Below, piece after piece: positions 30,601 to 39,246 of a stretch of 64,000 nucleotides of DNA. The first letter of the stretch is position 1; every line of letters begins with the position of its first letter. This stretch comes from Planctomycetota bacterium. Its GTDB lineage: Bacteria > Planctomycetota > B15-G4. The DNA lies in NCBI GenBank assembly GCA_038212275.1, contig JBBQUR010000018.1, positions 40,987-104,986 on the forward strand, given 5' to 3'. The notes under the pieces were generated by a model, which did not search any database, had not been told where the DNA came from, and saw only the letters and a program-made list of their open reading frames with translations. The position numbers were made by a program, and so were the translations under genes.

Positions 30601-30833
30601 AGTCCCTGATCAGCGAGACCACCGACTTCCATCCGCTGATGCTCGGTTTCGGAGAGGCCTTCAAGGACTCGGGCGACGTCAAGTACATGCAGCGGGCCGT
30701 GGAAGAGTTCGAGGGCTTCGCCGCGCACGACAACGGCGAGTACTCGAACAACCTCTACAACATCGAAACGCGCCTCGACGTGCAGCACTTCCTGCGCACC
30801 TACCTCGACTGGATCGGGGCGGGCCAGAACTGA
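27687..30833 (+). CDS. Large exported protein: TM/signal segment, coiled coil, acidic linker, then polysaccharide-lyase-like (PcRGLX/YetA-like) region
   Basis: Hydrophobic stretch AIGLVLILAGV; K/Q/E/A heptad region; TFGIPF...QFRALATWPSGYVKWALVD and EENGPARAVVR resemble PcRGLX/YetA N-terminal and sandwich domains (from memory). Confidence 0.6.
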   Translation: MNDANNGRPVPGQPHTHAPEGSAPRRRPGIPHLVAGAIPCAIGLVLILAGVDAPSRDRGAGPSNLQRSEAAAAVATPSRDELPQPGFTMPRLEAEFADRHGPVALGGDIVLEGLRDQEPSAELDVKQQNSVDKLLSKIAKQETKISTKQEQIATYDAELALAQQALLDAEALPQSTPAEIKARDKAIKKAHAALLKWQKKIDKANAKIDVSEGKIVSYQAQIEELDPGNDAAGGDPGDETPPPDQDGNGDDGQSTPSGGVVSVPLIVKEALPSGITGLTRTGAISTFGIPFAESDQVGTVNGRPALSVLNSETWQFRALATWPSGYVKWALVDVAADVPAGGANTSLEILNGVGRSSPDDIAFDNGNLITVNTGDLVMQISKTGFDVFHQVWVGGTQIVAAGASGGIVGVAVDGTTLIVPKPGSVTVVVEENGPARAVVRADGMLHTLSGQDLFDFTCRIIARAGSNDVQVDFTVRNANINMPHHVVIDSLGIVTRVTTGADAVATLSKHNGPLTSPMAPSDSIFLHQAQSSAYAYNTVYTMLGQDGYQIVKNGTPLYALGDKTKYPLHGYADLTGATGGVTVAYKDMPYKSPASLEMFGNGDVLAGLFSSKHEPGHFWTFTWRQHESRTVSFSFHAGQGGNPAAVATALDLPVVGRAADYLQYDRTKVLPYRLVTLAQENQAFAAMGLNYSVSVHNLYQVVTRYLYAHETGGNNNHDSVERQLGGEWLRQGYGGQYLTGLDLALYKSEWQIRRSDNFLDKNDPGPANPELPHESGFEGDYEHRYLDGIILAYWLTGDPRFRDALFDDGEILNHLYFYAQERGMVQSLRAIALVGEFTGDPGGLLKAELKAWLQTYCTKIVDITVPDPYLIGWGWQAAPGQGTRRFFATNVGANSAPPQGENYTSRGFFAASLAPLGMYHAARWLGTADPQGALARARLSDLAYFTREELYPYKANPAARYLTYNYGMNSKQSLISETTDFHPLMLGFGEAFKDSGDVKYMQRAVEEFEGFAAHDNGEYSNNLYNIETRLDVQHFLRTYLDWIGAGQN

Positions 30834-30864
30834 CGCGGGCGAGGGCAGGCCCCGCGCGTGCGGT

Positions 30865-31611
30865 TCAGCGCGCGGGCTTGCGCAGCACGGCGAAGAGCGA
30901 CACGCCGAAGGGCAGGTTCACGCGCTTCTCGAGCGCGATCTCCGTGGCGGTGATGGCGCCCGCGAGCGCTTCGACGGGCGCAGGCATCGGCACCGCGAAG
31001 TCCGACGTGGCCGCGTGCGCGTCCCCGCCGGCGAGGCGTCGCCACCGGCGCAGAGCGAACACCGGCAGGAACAGGGTCATCGAGCTGTAGCTCACGCGCT
31101 CCGCGACGTAGCCCACGCCGGTGAGGCGCCCCCGGAACTGGCCGCGCCGGTAGCGGCGCCTGTGCTGGTAGGCGTCGTCGTGCGGGCTCCACAGGCTCAT
31201 GAAGGCCGGCACCGTGGCGATGAGCACGCCGCCCGGACGCAGGACGCGGAAGGTCTCGGCCATCGCCGCGATGTCGTCGTCGAAGTGCTCGAAGGCGTCC
31301 AGCGCGAGCACGACATCGAAGCTGCCCTGCGCGAACGGCAGCGCCATCGCATCGCCCTTCACGAGGCGCGTGATGCCGCGCTGCCGGCACAGCCGGATCG
31401 TCTCGTCCGAGATGTCGATGCCGCGGATCCGCCCGAAGTCCGCCAGGAAGCGGAAGGACATGCCCGTCGCGGAGGCGAGGTCGAGAATCTCCAGCGGCCG
31501 CTGCGGCGGCGCGAAGCGCAGCAGTCCGGAGCGCACCAGCTCACGCCTCCCGCGATACCACCAGTGCGTTTCCTCGACCGCGAACATCCGGTCGAATTCG
31601 GCGGTATTCAC
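30865..31611 (-). CDS. Class I SAM-dependent methyltransferase
   Basis: EETHWWYRGRR, ILDLASATG, LPFAQGSFD, RVLRPGG, TVPA...WSPHD; GTGA overlap with the upstream gene. Confidence 0.9.
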   Translation of the reverse strand: MNTAEFDRMFAVEETHWWYRGRRELVRSGLLRFAPPQRPLEILDLASATGMSFRFLADFGRIRGIDISDETIRLCRQRGITRLVKGDAMALPFAQGSFDVVLALDAFEHFDDDIAAMAETFRVLRPGGVLIATVPAFMSLWSPHDDAYQHRRRYRRGQFRGRLTGVGYVAERVSYSSMTLFLPVFALRRWRRLAGGDAHAATSDFAVPMPAPVEALAGAITATEIALEKRVNLPFGVSLFAVLRKPAR

Positions 31612-32720
31612 TCCGGGCCGACGCGCGTGCGGGCCGCGTGCTCGAAGGCCATGATCACGCGCGTGACCATGACCATGCAGAGGAAGCTCCCGCCCAGCAG
31701 CAGGTAGCGGTAGCCGGGGGGCGCGAACGCCGCCAGGATGCCGACGCCGGCGAAGAAGATGCCCAGCCCCCACAGGATCACGACGGCCTCCACCGAGGTG
31801 AATCCGGCGCGCACGAGCCGGTGACTCAGGTGATGGTTGTCGCCGAGGTAGATCGGCCGCTTCTCGAACACGCGCATCAGCACCACGAAGGCCGCATCGA
31901 ACAGCGGGACGCTCATGATGAGGACGCCCGGGATGAGGTTGCTGATGCCGATGTCGAAGACGTTCTTGTCGGGGAAGCCGCGCACCATGTCGAACTGGAT
32001 CCAGCCCATCAGGAAACCGACGAACATGCTTCCGGCATCGCCGAGGAAGACGCGCGATCGCGGGAAGTTCCAGGGCATGAAGCCCAGCAGCCCGCCGACC
32101 AGAAGCACCGCGATGAGCAGCGTGCGCACGCTGTTGCCGCTGCCCAGGTACACCAGCGAGGCGAGGAAGGCGACGATCGACAGCCCCGACATCAACCCGT
32201 TCATGTTGTCCGAGAAGTTGAACGAGTTGACGATGGTCAGGAACCAGCACAGGAAAAAGAGCTGGTAGAGCCACTCGCCGGCCGTGCCGCCCTCCAGCAG
32301 CAGCCGCCACAGGTGCGGCCACGCCAGCACGAGCACGCCCGTGATCTGGCCCGCGAGCTTGAGCTGGAAGGCCATGCGGTCCTTGAAGACGTCATCGATC
32401 AGGCCGATGAGGAAGATGATCCCGGCGGCCACGAGCACCGACAGGATCTCGTGCAGCTTGAGGTCCACGGTCAGCGAGTCCTGCACGAGGCGATCGACCG
32501 ACAGCAGGCCGATGGCCACCGCCAGGAAGACGCCGACGCCGCCGAGCAGCGGCGTCACCTTGCCGTGCTGCTTGCGCCCGCCCGGGTGGTCCACGATGTT
32601 GCAGCGCCGCGCTACCCAGATGCACACCGGCACCACGACGAGCGCCACAAGAAAGGCCACGCTGAGGCCCTGCGCCGCCATCGTCATCACCGGACTCAAA
32701 GCAAGCACGCTCCACCGCAT
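31608..32720 (-). CDS. MraY/WecA-family polyprenyl-phosphate sugar-1-phosphate transferase
   Basis: DHPGGRKQH, PLLGG, GLIDD, NFSDNMNG, FLGDAGS, HHLSHRL; multi-TM. Confidence 0.92.
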   Translation of the reverse strand: MRWSVLALSPVMTMAAQGLSVAFLVALVVVPVCIWVARRCNIVDHPGGRKQHGKVTPLLGGVGVFLAVAIGLLSVDRLVQDSLTVDLKLHEILSVLVAAGIIFLIGLIDDVFKDRMAFQLKLAGQITGVLVLAWPHLWRLLLEGGTAGEWLYQLFFLCWFLTIVNSFNFSDNMNGLMSGLSIVAFLASLVYLGSGNSVRTLLIAVLLVGGLLGFMPWNFPRSRVFLGDAGSMFVGFLMGWIQFDMVRGFPDKNVFDIGISNLIPGVLIMSVPLFDAAFVVLMRVFEKRPIYLGDNHHLSHRLVRAGFTSVEAVVILWGLGIFFAGVGILAAFAPPGYRYLLLGGSFLCMVMVTRVIMAFEHAARTRVGPE

Positions 32721-32813
32721 CGAACGAACAGCGACGAATCTACCTTGCGCGAGGTAGCCGGGCTACTCCGGCGACGACAGACCTCCCGTTCTCCGCCGCG
32801 CACGGCCGACCGG

Positions 32814-33875
32814 TCAGGTGGCAAGGCTCAGTCCGCGGCGGGCGAACCAGTCGAACACGCCGTCCACCTCGCACAGCACCTCAGCCAGCGAGCTCTCCTC
32901 GTTCACGGCGAAACGCTTCAGCTCCAGCCGCGGCGTCCTGCTGTCGTTGAAGCCGGGCATCGCCGTGATCGCGCTCGTGAACCCGAGTTCTCCGAGGATC
33001 TGCAGCGTGGCGGGGTTGTAGTCCCACGTGCGCCCGTAGGGATAGGCGAACGTCGGCACCGCGTGCCCCAGCCAGGCCTGCAGGTCCCGCAACGAGCCTT
33101 CGATTTCGCGCCGCTGTTCCGCGGCGTCCAGCGACGAAAGCACGAGGTGATTGACGGTGTGGGCGCCGACCTCCACACCGGCCCGATCGAGCGCGCGGCA
33201 CTCCTCGGGCCCCAGGTAGACGGAGCGCGCCAGGCTCGCGTCGTCGCCGCCGATGGCGCGGAAAGCGATGTCGAGGATCCGGTCGCGATCCGCGGCCGCC
33301 AGTTCATACTTGAGCACGCGCTTGAGCTGGTACTCGGCCGCGACCGGGTCGGTCGGCAGGGCCGACAGGTCCGTCTTCAGGCCGGCACCCTGCAAGTGGC
33401 CGGCAATCAGCTCCGCGAGCTTGTGCGGCCCTTCCTTGTGCAGCACCCAGAAGTAGTGGTGCAACCAATTGAGCGTGCCGTGCATCGGGCCGGTCTGGAC
33501 GTAGATCGTCGCCGTCGCCTCGTGGCGCTGGAGGATCGGCAGCAGCCGGTCGAGGTTGTCGCGATAGCCGTCGTCGAAGGTCAGCACGAGCTTGTCCGCC
33601 GGCCGCTCGCCGCGCTGCAGTGCCCCGACCATGCCGCTGACGGTCAGCGTGCCGTAGCCGGCTCGCCCGAGCGCGTCGAGCAGCTCCTCGAGCTTGCCTT
33701 CGCTGACCTTCATGTGGCCGGGCAGGTAGTCCGTCTCGGGCGGATTCCCGACGTTGTGGAACATGAGCACCGGCACGCCGGAGCGGCTGGCCCGGAATCG
33801 CCGTCTCAGGCCCGTGACGTGGAAGAGCGTGGCAAGCGTGCTGCGCAGTGCGCGCTTGATGCGATGCTTGATCAT
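32814..33875 (-). CDS. Polysaccharide deacetylase (CE4/NodB-like)
   Basis: VLMFH, LTFDDGY, GAHTVNH, FAYPYG; start ATG 33875. Confidence 0.92.
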   Translation of the reverse strand: MIKHRIKRALRSTLATLFHVTGLRRRFRASRSGVPVLMFHNVGNPPETDYLPGHMKVSEGKLEELLDALGRAGYGTLTVSGMVGALQRGERPADKLVLTFDDGYRDNLDRLLPILQRHEATATIYVQTGPMHGTLNWLHHYFWVLHKEGPHKLAELIAGHLQGAGLKTDLSALPTDPVAAEYQLKRVLKYELAAADRDRILDIAFRAIGGDDASLARSVYLGPEECRALDRAGVEVGAHTVNHLVLSSLDAAEQRREIEGSLRDLQAWLGHAVPTFAYPYGRTWDYNPATLQILGELGFTSAITAMPGFNDSRTPRLELKRFAVNEESSLAEVLCEVDGVFDWFARRGLSLAT

Positions 33876-33906
33876 CCGTGTTCGCGTTCGGGTTTCGGTG
33901 TGTGGC

Positions 33907-34992
33907 TCACGAGGACATGTGCTCCGCATCGCGATCGCCGTCGGCCAGGTGCCAGCAATGCATGGCAAAGGCGTCGGGCGGGACATCGGTGCGACAGCCG
34001 CGCACGATGAAGGGGAAGATATCCCGGAAGGGCCGCTCGCGCGAAGGCCGCTCCCAGCCCAGTTCCCGCAGGGCCGTCGAGGCGGGATCGTGGTCGAAGA
34101 GCAGCGCGCTGGCCTCCTCCATCCCCCGCGCGCCGGCCATGACGGTGAACGCGAGCAGCAGGGTCGCGCGGGCCGACGCGTCCGCGGCAAGATGGTCCAC
34201 CAGGAAGGCATGCCCCGCCTGGAATTCCGCGACGACGTAGCCGCGCAGCGCGCCGTCCGCCGCGACGAGCCCCAGGCATTCCTGTCGCCGGCTCGGCGTG
34301 TCCACGTAGCGCCAGTTGAGCCAGTCGGCGGAACGCACGCCGACAAGCCCGCTCGCCGGAGCGCATGCCTCGAAGAGCCGGTCCACGCGCTCGTCGAAGC
34401 GCGCCAGCCGCACCAGCTCGGCGGCGCCGCCCCCGGCCTTCGAGCGCGCCAGCAGTGCGCGATGGCGCCAGCCGAGTCCCACGTCGAGCAGCGGTGCGAA
34501 CACCGCCGCGAGCGGCCCCAGACGCCCCGCCCGCAGCAGCGAGCGCCGGCTGCGGAAGCGCCGGCGCAGCAGCGGCGCATCGCCGATGTGCTGCCAGCCG
34601 TTGCGCAGGAAACCCTTGAGCGACAAGCGGCCCGAGTAGGCCCATACGGTGGGAAACCCGGCCACGCCGGCTGCGGTGCACACCTCATTGTCCAGCCCCG
34701 TGAAGATGCCCTGCCCCTGCCACTCGGGAAGCGTCATCGCATCGCTGGCCTGCATCAACAGCAGCGGACGCCCGTCATGCAGAAAGCGCCGCGGCACGTA
34801 GCTGTAGCTGCCCACCACGGCCCCGGACTCGTCGCAGGCGACGCGCGAGATCGCTGGGCCGTCCGGATTGCGCAGATACTTCCAGTCGAAGGTCGCGTCG
34901 TCCTTCGACTTCCGGAAGCAGACGTTGAACAGGTGCGCCTGGGCGGACAGGTCCTCCGGCCGTGCGGCGCGCACGGAGAACGCCCGCTTCAT
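33907..34992 (-). CDS. GNAT-family acyltransferase (two-domain)
   Basis: FDWKYLRNP, DAMTLPEWQGQGIF (acetyl-CoA motif A), RSADWLNWRY. Confidence 0.8.
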   Translation of the reverse strand: MKRAFSVRAARPEDLSAQAHLFNVCFRKSKDDATFDWKYLRNPDGPAISRVACDESGAVVGSYSYVPRRFLHDGRPLLLMQASDAMTLPEWQGQGIFTGLDNEVCTAAGVAGFPTVWAYSGRLSLKGFLRNGWQHIGDAPLLRRRFRSRRSLLRAGRLGPLAAVFAPLLDVGLGWRHRALLARSKAGGGAAELVRLARFDERVDRLFEACAPASGLVGVRSADWLNWRYVDTPSRRQECLGLVAADGALRGYVVAEFQAGHAFLVDHLAADASARATLLLAFTVMAGARGMEEASALLFDHDPASTALRELGWERPSRERPFRDIFPFIVRGCRTDVPPDAFAMHCWHLADGDRDAEHMSS

Positions 34993-36221
34993 GCGCCGGC
35001 GACGCCCGCGGCCAGCCGCGTCTTGTCGCTCACCTCGCGCACGGCGCGCTCGGCGTCGCGCGGCTGCAGCTCGTTCTGCCAGCAGCCTGCGCGCGCGTGG
35101 CTCTCGATCAACGTCGGCCGTCCCTCTCCGTCGTCGCCGGCGTGCAGCACGCGGACATGCGCGTGCACCAGCATGCGCCGGTCGGCGAACCAGCGCTGCC
35201 AGGCCGCCAGGATGTCGCGCGTGTGGCCGGGGCGCCCGATGACGTGCTGCACGACAGCGGTCATGCCGGTGACGCGGATGACATCCACGGCGCTCTCGAG
35301 GCGGGCGCGCATCGGGTCGTCCATCGGCGCCGGTCCCGGCGCGGACGGATCCACCGGCGGGCAGACGAGCACCTCGCGGCAGCCGCCGTTCGCGAGCGTG
35401 ACGGCGGCCATCGGGTCGAGGTGATCGGCGCGCACGCGGCAGCTCCACGGCACGCCGGGCGCGACGCCGAACATGCCGCGCGACAGTCCGCGCACGAGCT
35501 GGATGTCCTGGCAGAGGTCGCGATCCGTGAAGACGATCCAGCGCGCTCCGCTGCGATGCACCGCGTGACGGACCTGCGCGAGGCCGCTCGCCAGTCCCTC
35601 ACGGCCGCACACCACGTCCGCCCTGCGCACACCGTCGGGGGCGTGCGCGTCGAGCGCGTCGAGCGGCAGGACGTGCCAGGCAGGCAGCACGCCGGGAAAA
35701 TCCTCGGGACGGTCGGCGGGGAGCGGCGGCGTCGCGACGATCTGCCCGTCGAGGCGGTGGAGCAGCCCCGGCACGTGGTCCGGCCGCCACGTCCCGACGA
35801 GCGAGGCGTGGCCGAGCCCCATGAGCGCGCCGGACAGGCGCGGAAACGTCGCCAGCAGTTCGCGCCCGTAGCGGGCGGCCAGCGGCCCCGCGGCAAGCAC
35901 GGGCCCGGTGCCCGGCCAGCCCGACAGCACGGAGCGCAGCGGGGCCGCGTTCGGGACCGGATTGTCGGCGATGAAACTCCCGCCCGCCCACAGCAGCACG
36001 AGGTCCGCCCGCCACAGCCGCACTTCGCGGCGCACGACACGGCTTCCGAGCTTTTCGCTGTCCTGGTCGAGGAGCCGCACTTCGGCGCCGAGGTGCAGCA
36101 GCTGCGCGGCCAGCAGCACCGCATCGCGCGGCGGCAGGCCGCGCGCCTCGGAGCTCGCGAAGCGCAGCCCGCGCGTCGGCGTGCGCGTGACGACGATGGC
36201 AATGCGCCAGCGCTGGTTCAT
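34989..36221 (-). CDS. Degenerate B12-binding radical SAM homologue lacking CxxxCxxC
   Basis: Colinear similarity to 26091..27509 (PPRDAVLLAAQL, LPAWHVLPL, IVFTD, WSCRVR...GC, HVIGRPGHT) but no cluster motif; ATGA-coupled on both sides. Confidence 0.7.
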   Translation of the reverse strand: MNQRWRIAIVVTRTPTRGLRFASSEARGLPPRDAVLLAAQLLHLGAEVRLLDQDSEKLGSRVVRREVRLWRADLVLLWAGGSFIADNPVPNAAPLRSVLSGWPGTGPVLAAGPLAARYGRELLATFPRLSGALMGLGHASLVGTWRPDHVPGLLHRLDGQIVATPPLPADRPEDFPGVLPAWHVLPLDALDAHAPDGVRRADVVCGREGLASGLAQVRHAVHRSGARWIVFTDRDLCQDIQLVRGLSRGMFGVAPGVPWSCRVRADHLDPMAAVTLANGGCREVLVCPPVDPSAPGPAPMDDPMRARLESAVDVIRVTGMTAVVQHVIGRPGHTRDILAAWQRWFADRRMLVHAHVRVLHAGDDGEGRPTLIESHARAGCWQNELQPRDAERAVREVSDKTRLAAGVAGA

Positions 36222-37576
36222 CCTCGGGTCGCTCCCGCCTCGGTCGTGTGCGTGTCGTCCTGCGTCGCGCCCGTCCCGGGGACAGGGCTGCCTCCAGTGT
36301 GTGTCGCGGAGGCCCCGCTCGCCAGCACCTGCCGATACACGGAGAGCGAGCTGTCGATGGCGGCCTCCATGCCGAAGACTTCCTGCGCGCGCCGCCGTCC
36401 CGCCTCGCCGAAGCGCCGGCTCAGTTCGGGGTCCTGCAGCAGCTGGAGCAGCCGGTTCGCGAGAGAATCCACCTGCACAGGATTCACGAGGAAGCCGGTG
36501 ACTCCATCGACGACCACATCCGCGGGGCCGCCCCACATCGAGGCTACGACGGGTCGGCCCGCCGCCATCGCCTCCAGATTGATGAGCCCGAAGGACTCGA
36601 AGCAGAGGGAGGGCGTCGCGACCACGTCGGCCACGCGGTAGGCGGCGCGCAACTCGTCGCCGGCGAGCCAGCCCGTTGCGAGCAGGCCATCGGCGATGCC
36701 GAGCCGCGCAGCCAGGCCGGTCATCTCCTCGTGGAAGCCGGGCAGCGATTCACCGACCGTCAGCAGCACGGCGGAGGGCAGGTGCCGGCGCACGAGAGCC
36801 AGCGCGCGCAGCAGCTCGAGACCACCCTTGAGCCGGTCGAGGCGTCCCCCGTAGAGGATGACCGGACGGTTCTCGAGGTGCAGGCGCTGTCTCAGCGCCG
36901 CCACGACGGACTCGTCCACGTCACCGGCGCCCGCCGGCAGGCCGTTCCAGATCGTGGTGCAGGGGCCGATGCCGTTCTGTGCGAGCGCGGCGCCCATCTC
37001 GTCCGAGACGGCCACGAGCCGGTCCACGTCGCGGGCAAGCACCTTCCGGATCGTGCGATTGCGGAAGGGGTTGTATCGGCCGCGCACGCAGAGTGCGCAC
37101 TTCACCGGGCCGTTGCGATAGACGACCGGATCGCCCGGACGCAGCCGCTCGTCGAGGTGGCAGAACATCTTCTGGTGACACACCGGCATGATGTCGTGGA
37201 TGTGCAGCACCACCCTGGCGCCGCCACGACGCGCCGCGGCCAGCGCCGCGTACGACAGGTGGATGTGCAGGTTGTGCACGTGCACGACATCGGGCCTGAA
37301 GGCGGCGACGGCCCGCTCCATCGCGGCGACGCCGGGCGCATTGTCGAGGCTTCGCCACGCGCGGAAGCGCAGCGGATACGCCGGCGACGGCTCGACGCGC
37401 ACCTCCACACCGCCTTCGCGAAAGATCCTGGCGGGCGCCCCCTGCGCAGCCTTGTCCTGCGTGGTCGAGAGAAATCCGACCTCGTGCCCGCGCGCGGCGA
37501 GGCCTTCCGCGATGCGCACGGCGACGCCCGCAGCGGAGCTGCGTCCGTAGAGGTCATTCGCCAGCAGGATGCGCAT
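36218..37576 (-). CDS. Glycosyltransferase family 4
   Basis: PDVVHVHN, GRLDRLKG, PSLCFESFGLINLEAMAAGRPVV. Confidence 0.93.
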   Translation of the reverse strand: MRILLANDLYGRSSAAGVAVRIAEGLAARGHEVGFLSTTQDKAAQGAPARIFREGGVEVRVEPSPAYPLRFRAWRSLDNAPGVAAMERAVAAFRPDVVHVHNLHIHLSYAALAAARRGGARVVLHIHDIMPVCHQKMFCHLDERLRPGDPVVYRNGPVKCALCVRGRYNPFRNRTIRKVLARDVDRLVAVSDEMGAALAQNGIGPCTTIWNGLPAGAGDVDESVVAALRQRLHLENRPVILYGGRLDRLKGGLELLRALALVRRHLPSAVLLTVGESLPGFHEEMTGLAARLGIADGLLATGWLAGDELRAAYRVADVVATPSLCFESFGLINLEAMAAGRPVVASMWGGPADVVVDGVTGFLVNPVQVDSLANRLLQLLQDPELSRRFGEAGRRRAQEVFGMEAAIDSSLSVYRQVLASGASATHTGGSPVPGTGATQDDTHTTEAGATRG

Positions 37577-37738
37577 GCCGGGATCCGTTGTCGCCTGTCG
37601 TGCGGGTGGATCTCAACCGCAATCCGTCGCGGTCACCCGAGCGGCGCCGGAGCACGTCCCGGCTGCGGACGCTCCGGGGCCCGGACCGTGAGGCCCGATC
37701 AAAGCTCGCGAGGGCGCCGCAGGGAGCCGGAGGAGTCC

Positions 37739-39190
37739 TCAGATCTCCACGCCGGCATCGCTGATGGCGGCCGGCGCCTTCACCTTGCCGAAGCTGAACG
37801 CGCGCGCAAGGCGGGCCTTGCCCTCGTCCTTGTTCTCCCAGTAGTAGCGCATGCGCGCCAGGAAGCGTCGCGTGCGGGCGGGCCGCATCTCGTACCAGGC
37901 CTCGTAGTCCTCGACCAGCGTGCGCTTGATGCGGTTGAGCGCGTCGTTATCGAAGTTCTCGTGGATGTAGGGGCTGCGGTCGCTGTCCACGTATTCGGTC
38001 TTCACCAGCGTCGGATCGATGCGATCCTTGAACTGGTTGAACGAGGCCGTGGCCGTCAGCGGGTTGAAGAGCGAGGTGCGCACGCGGTCGGGCATGCCCT
38101 CGCGCAGCACGGCCGCCGTGTTGTCGATGTCCTCCATGGTCTCGCCGGGCGTGCCGACGATGAGGAAGACCTTGGTCCAGATGCCGGCGCGACGCGTGAT
38201 CTTCAACGCCTCGACGACCTTCTCGACCTTGTAGTCCTTCACGAGAGTGTCGAGGCTGCGCTGGCTGCCCGACTCCACGCCGAAGTACATGCGGTTGAAG
38301 CCGGCGCGCTTCATGGTGTGCGCCATGTCGTAGTCGAGCATGTCCACGCGCGTTTCGCAGGACATGTTCAGCTTGAGCCCGCGGGCGATGATGCCCTCGC
38401 AGATCTCGTAGACGCGCTTCTTCTGGCACGTGAACAGCTCGTCGATGAAGAGCACGTTTCCGGGCTGGAAGGTGTCGTGGATGAGCTGCAGCTCGTCGAG
38501 GATGTTCTTGACGGAGCGCGTGCGGAAGCCGCGGCCGGTGAGCTCCTTCTGGCAGAACACGCAGCGGAAGGGGCATCCGCGGCTCGTGAAGATGTAGAAG
38601 AGCTTTTCCTTGTTCATCGCGGCGTAGCGATCGAAAGGCAGCTTGTCCCACGCCGGGAACGGAATGCGATCGAGGTCCTTGATGAGCGGCGGCTGCGGCA
38701 TGGTGTGCCGGGTGCCGTCCGCGCGGTCGAAGGCGATGCCGGGCACCGCACCGAGGGCGTCGCGGCCCTGCTCCACCCCGCGCATGAAGTCCACGATGCT
38801 GTCCTCGGCCTCGCCGCCGATGACGTAGTCGATCGCCTTGCTGTCGAGGAAGGTGTCCACGTCCACGGTGGCGTGCGGGCCGCCCATGACGGTGATGAGC
38901 CTGGGGTTGTAGCCCTTGGCCTTCTGGGCGTAGCGGATGGCGCGGTTCACGTGCGGCGTCAGCGCGGAGAGGCCGAGGATCTCGGCCTTGCGCAGGAAGT
39001 TGTCCACCTCGGCCTCGGTGCAGACGCGCTCGTCGCAGCACTCGACGTCGCAGCCGGCCTGCTTGAGGATGGCCGCGAGGTAGATGATCCCGAGCGGCAT
39101 CGCGATGAAGAAGTCGTCCTGCCCAGGGGGCGTGACATACATCAAGACGATCTTCTTCTTGGTGACGGTGGCGGAAGTCGCTTGGGTCAT
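37739..39190 (-). CDS. B12-binding radical SAM protein (class B methyltransferase-like)
   Basis: PLGIIYLAAIL, GGPHAT, GEAE, TSRGCPFRCVFC, GVESGS, GTPGET; start ATG 39190. Confidence 0.92.
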   Translation of the reverse strand: MTQATSATVTKKKIVLMYVTPPGQDDFFIAMPLGIIYLAAILKQAGCDVECCDERVCTEAEVDNFLRKAEILGLSALTPHVNRAIRYAQKAKGYNPRLITVMGGPHATVDVDTFLDSKAIDYVIGGEAEDSIVDFMRGVEQGRDALGAVPGIAFDRADGTRHTMPQPPLIKDLDRIPFPAWDKLPFDRYAAMNKEKLFYIFTSRGCPFRCVFCQKELTGRGFRTRSVKNILDELQLIHDTFQPGNVLFIDELFTCQKKRVYEICEGIIARGLKLNMSCETRVDMLDYDMAHTMKRAGFNRMYFGVESGSQRSLDTLVKDYKVEKVVEALKITRRAGIWTKVFLIVGTPGETMEDIDNTAAVLREGMPDRVRTSLFNPLTATASFNQFKDRIDPTLVKTEYVDSDRSPYIHENFDNDALNRIKRTLVEDYEAWYEMRPARTRRFLARMRYYWENKDEGKARLARAFSFGKVKAPAAISDAGVEI

Positions 39191-39246
39191 GTGGGACACC
39201 GGGGTGTGAGACGGAGAGGAACTCAGGTCGCGGCGGGCCTGCGGAA

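Noticed and set aside
37060..37200. Cys-rich insert (CHQKMFC...CALC) in the GT4 at 36218
   Set aside because: Such HD..C...C..C inserts are common in a GT4 subgroup; not unusual.
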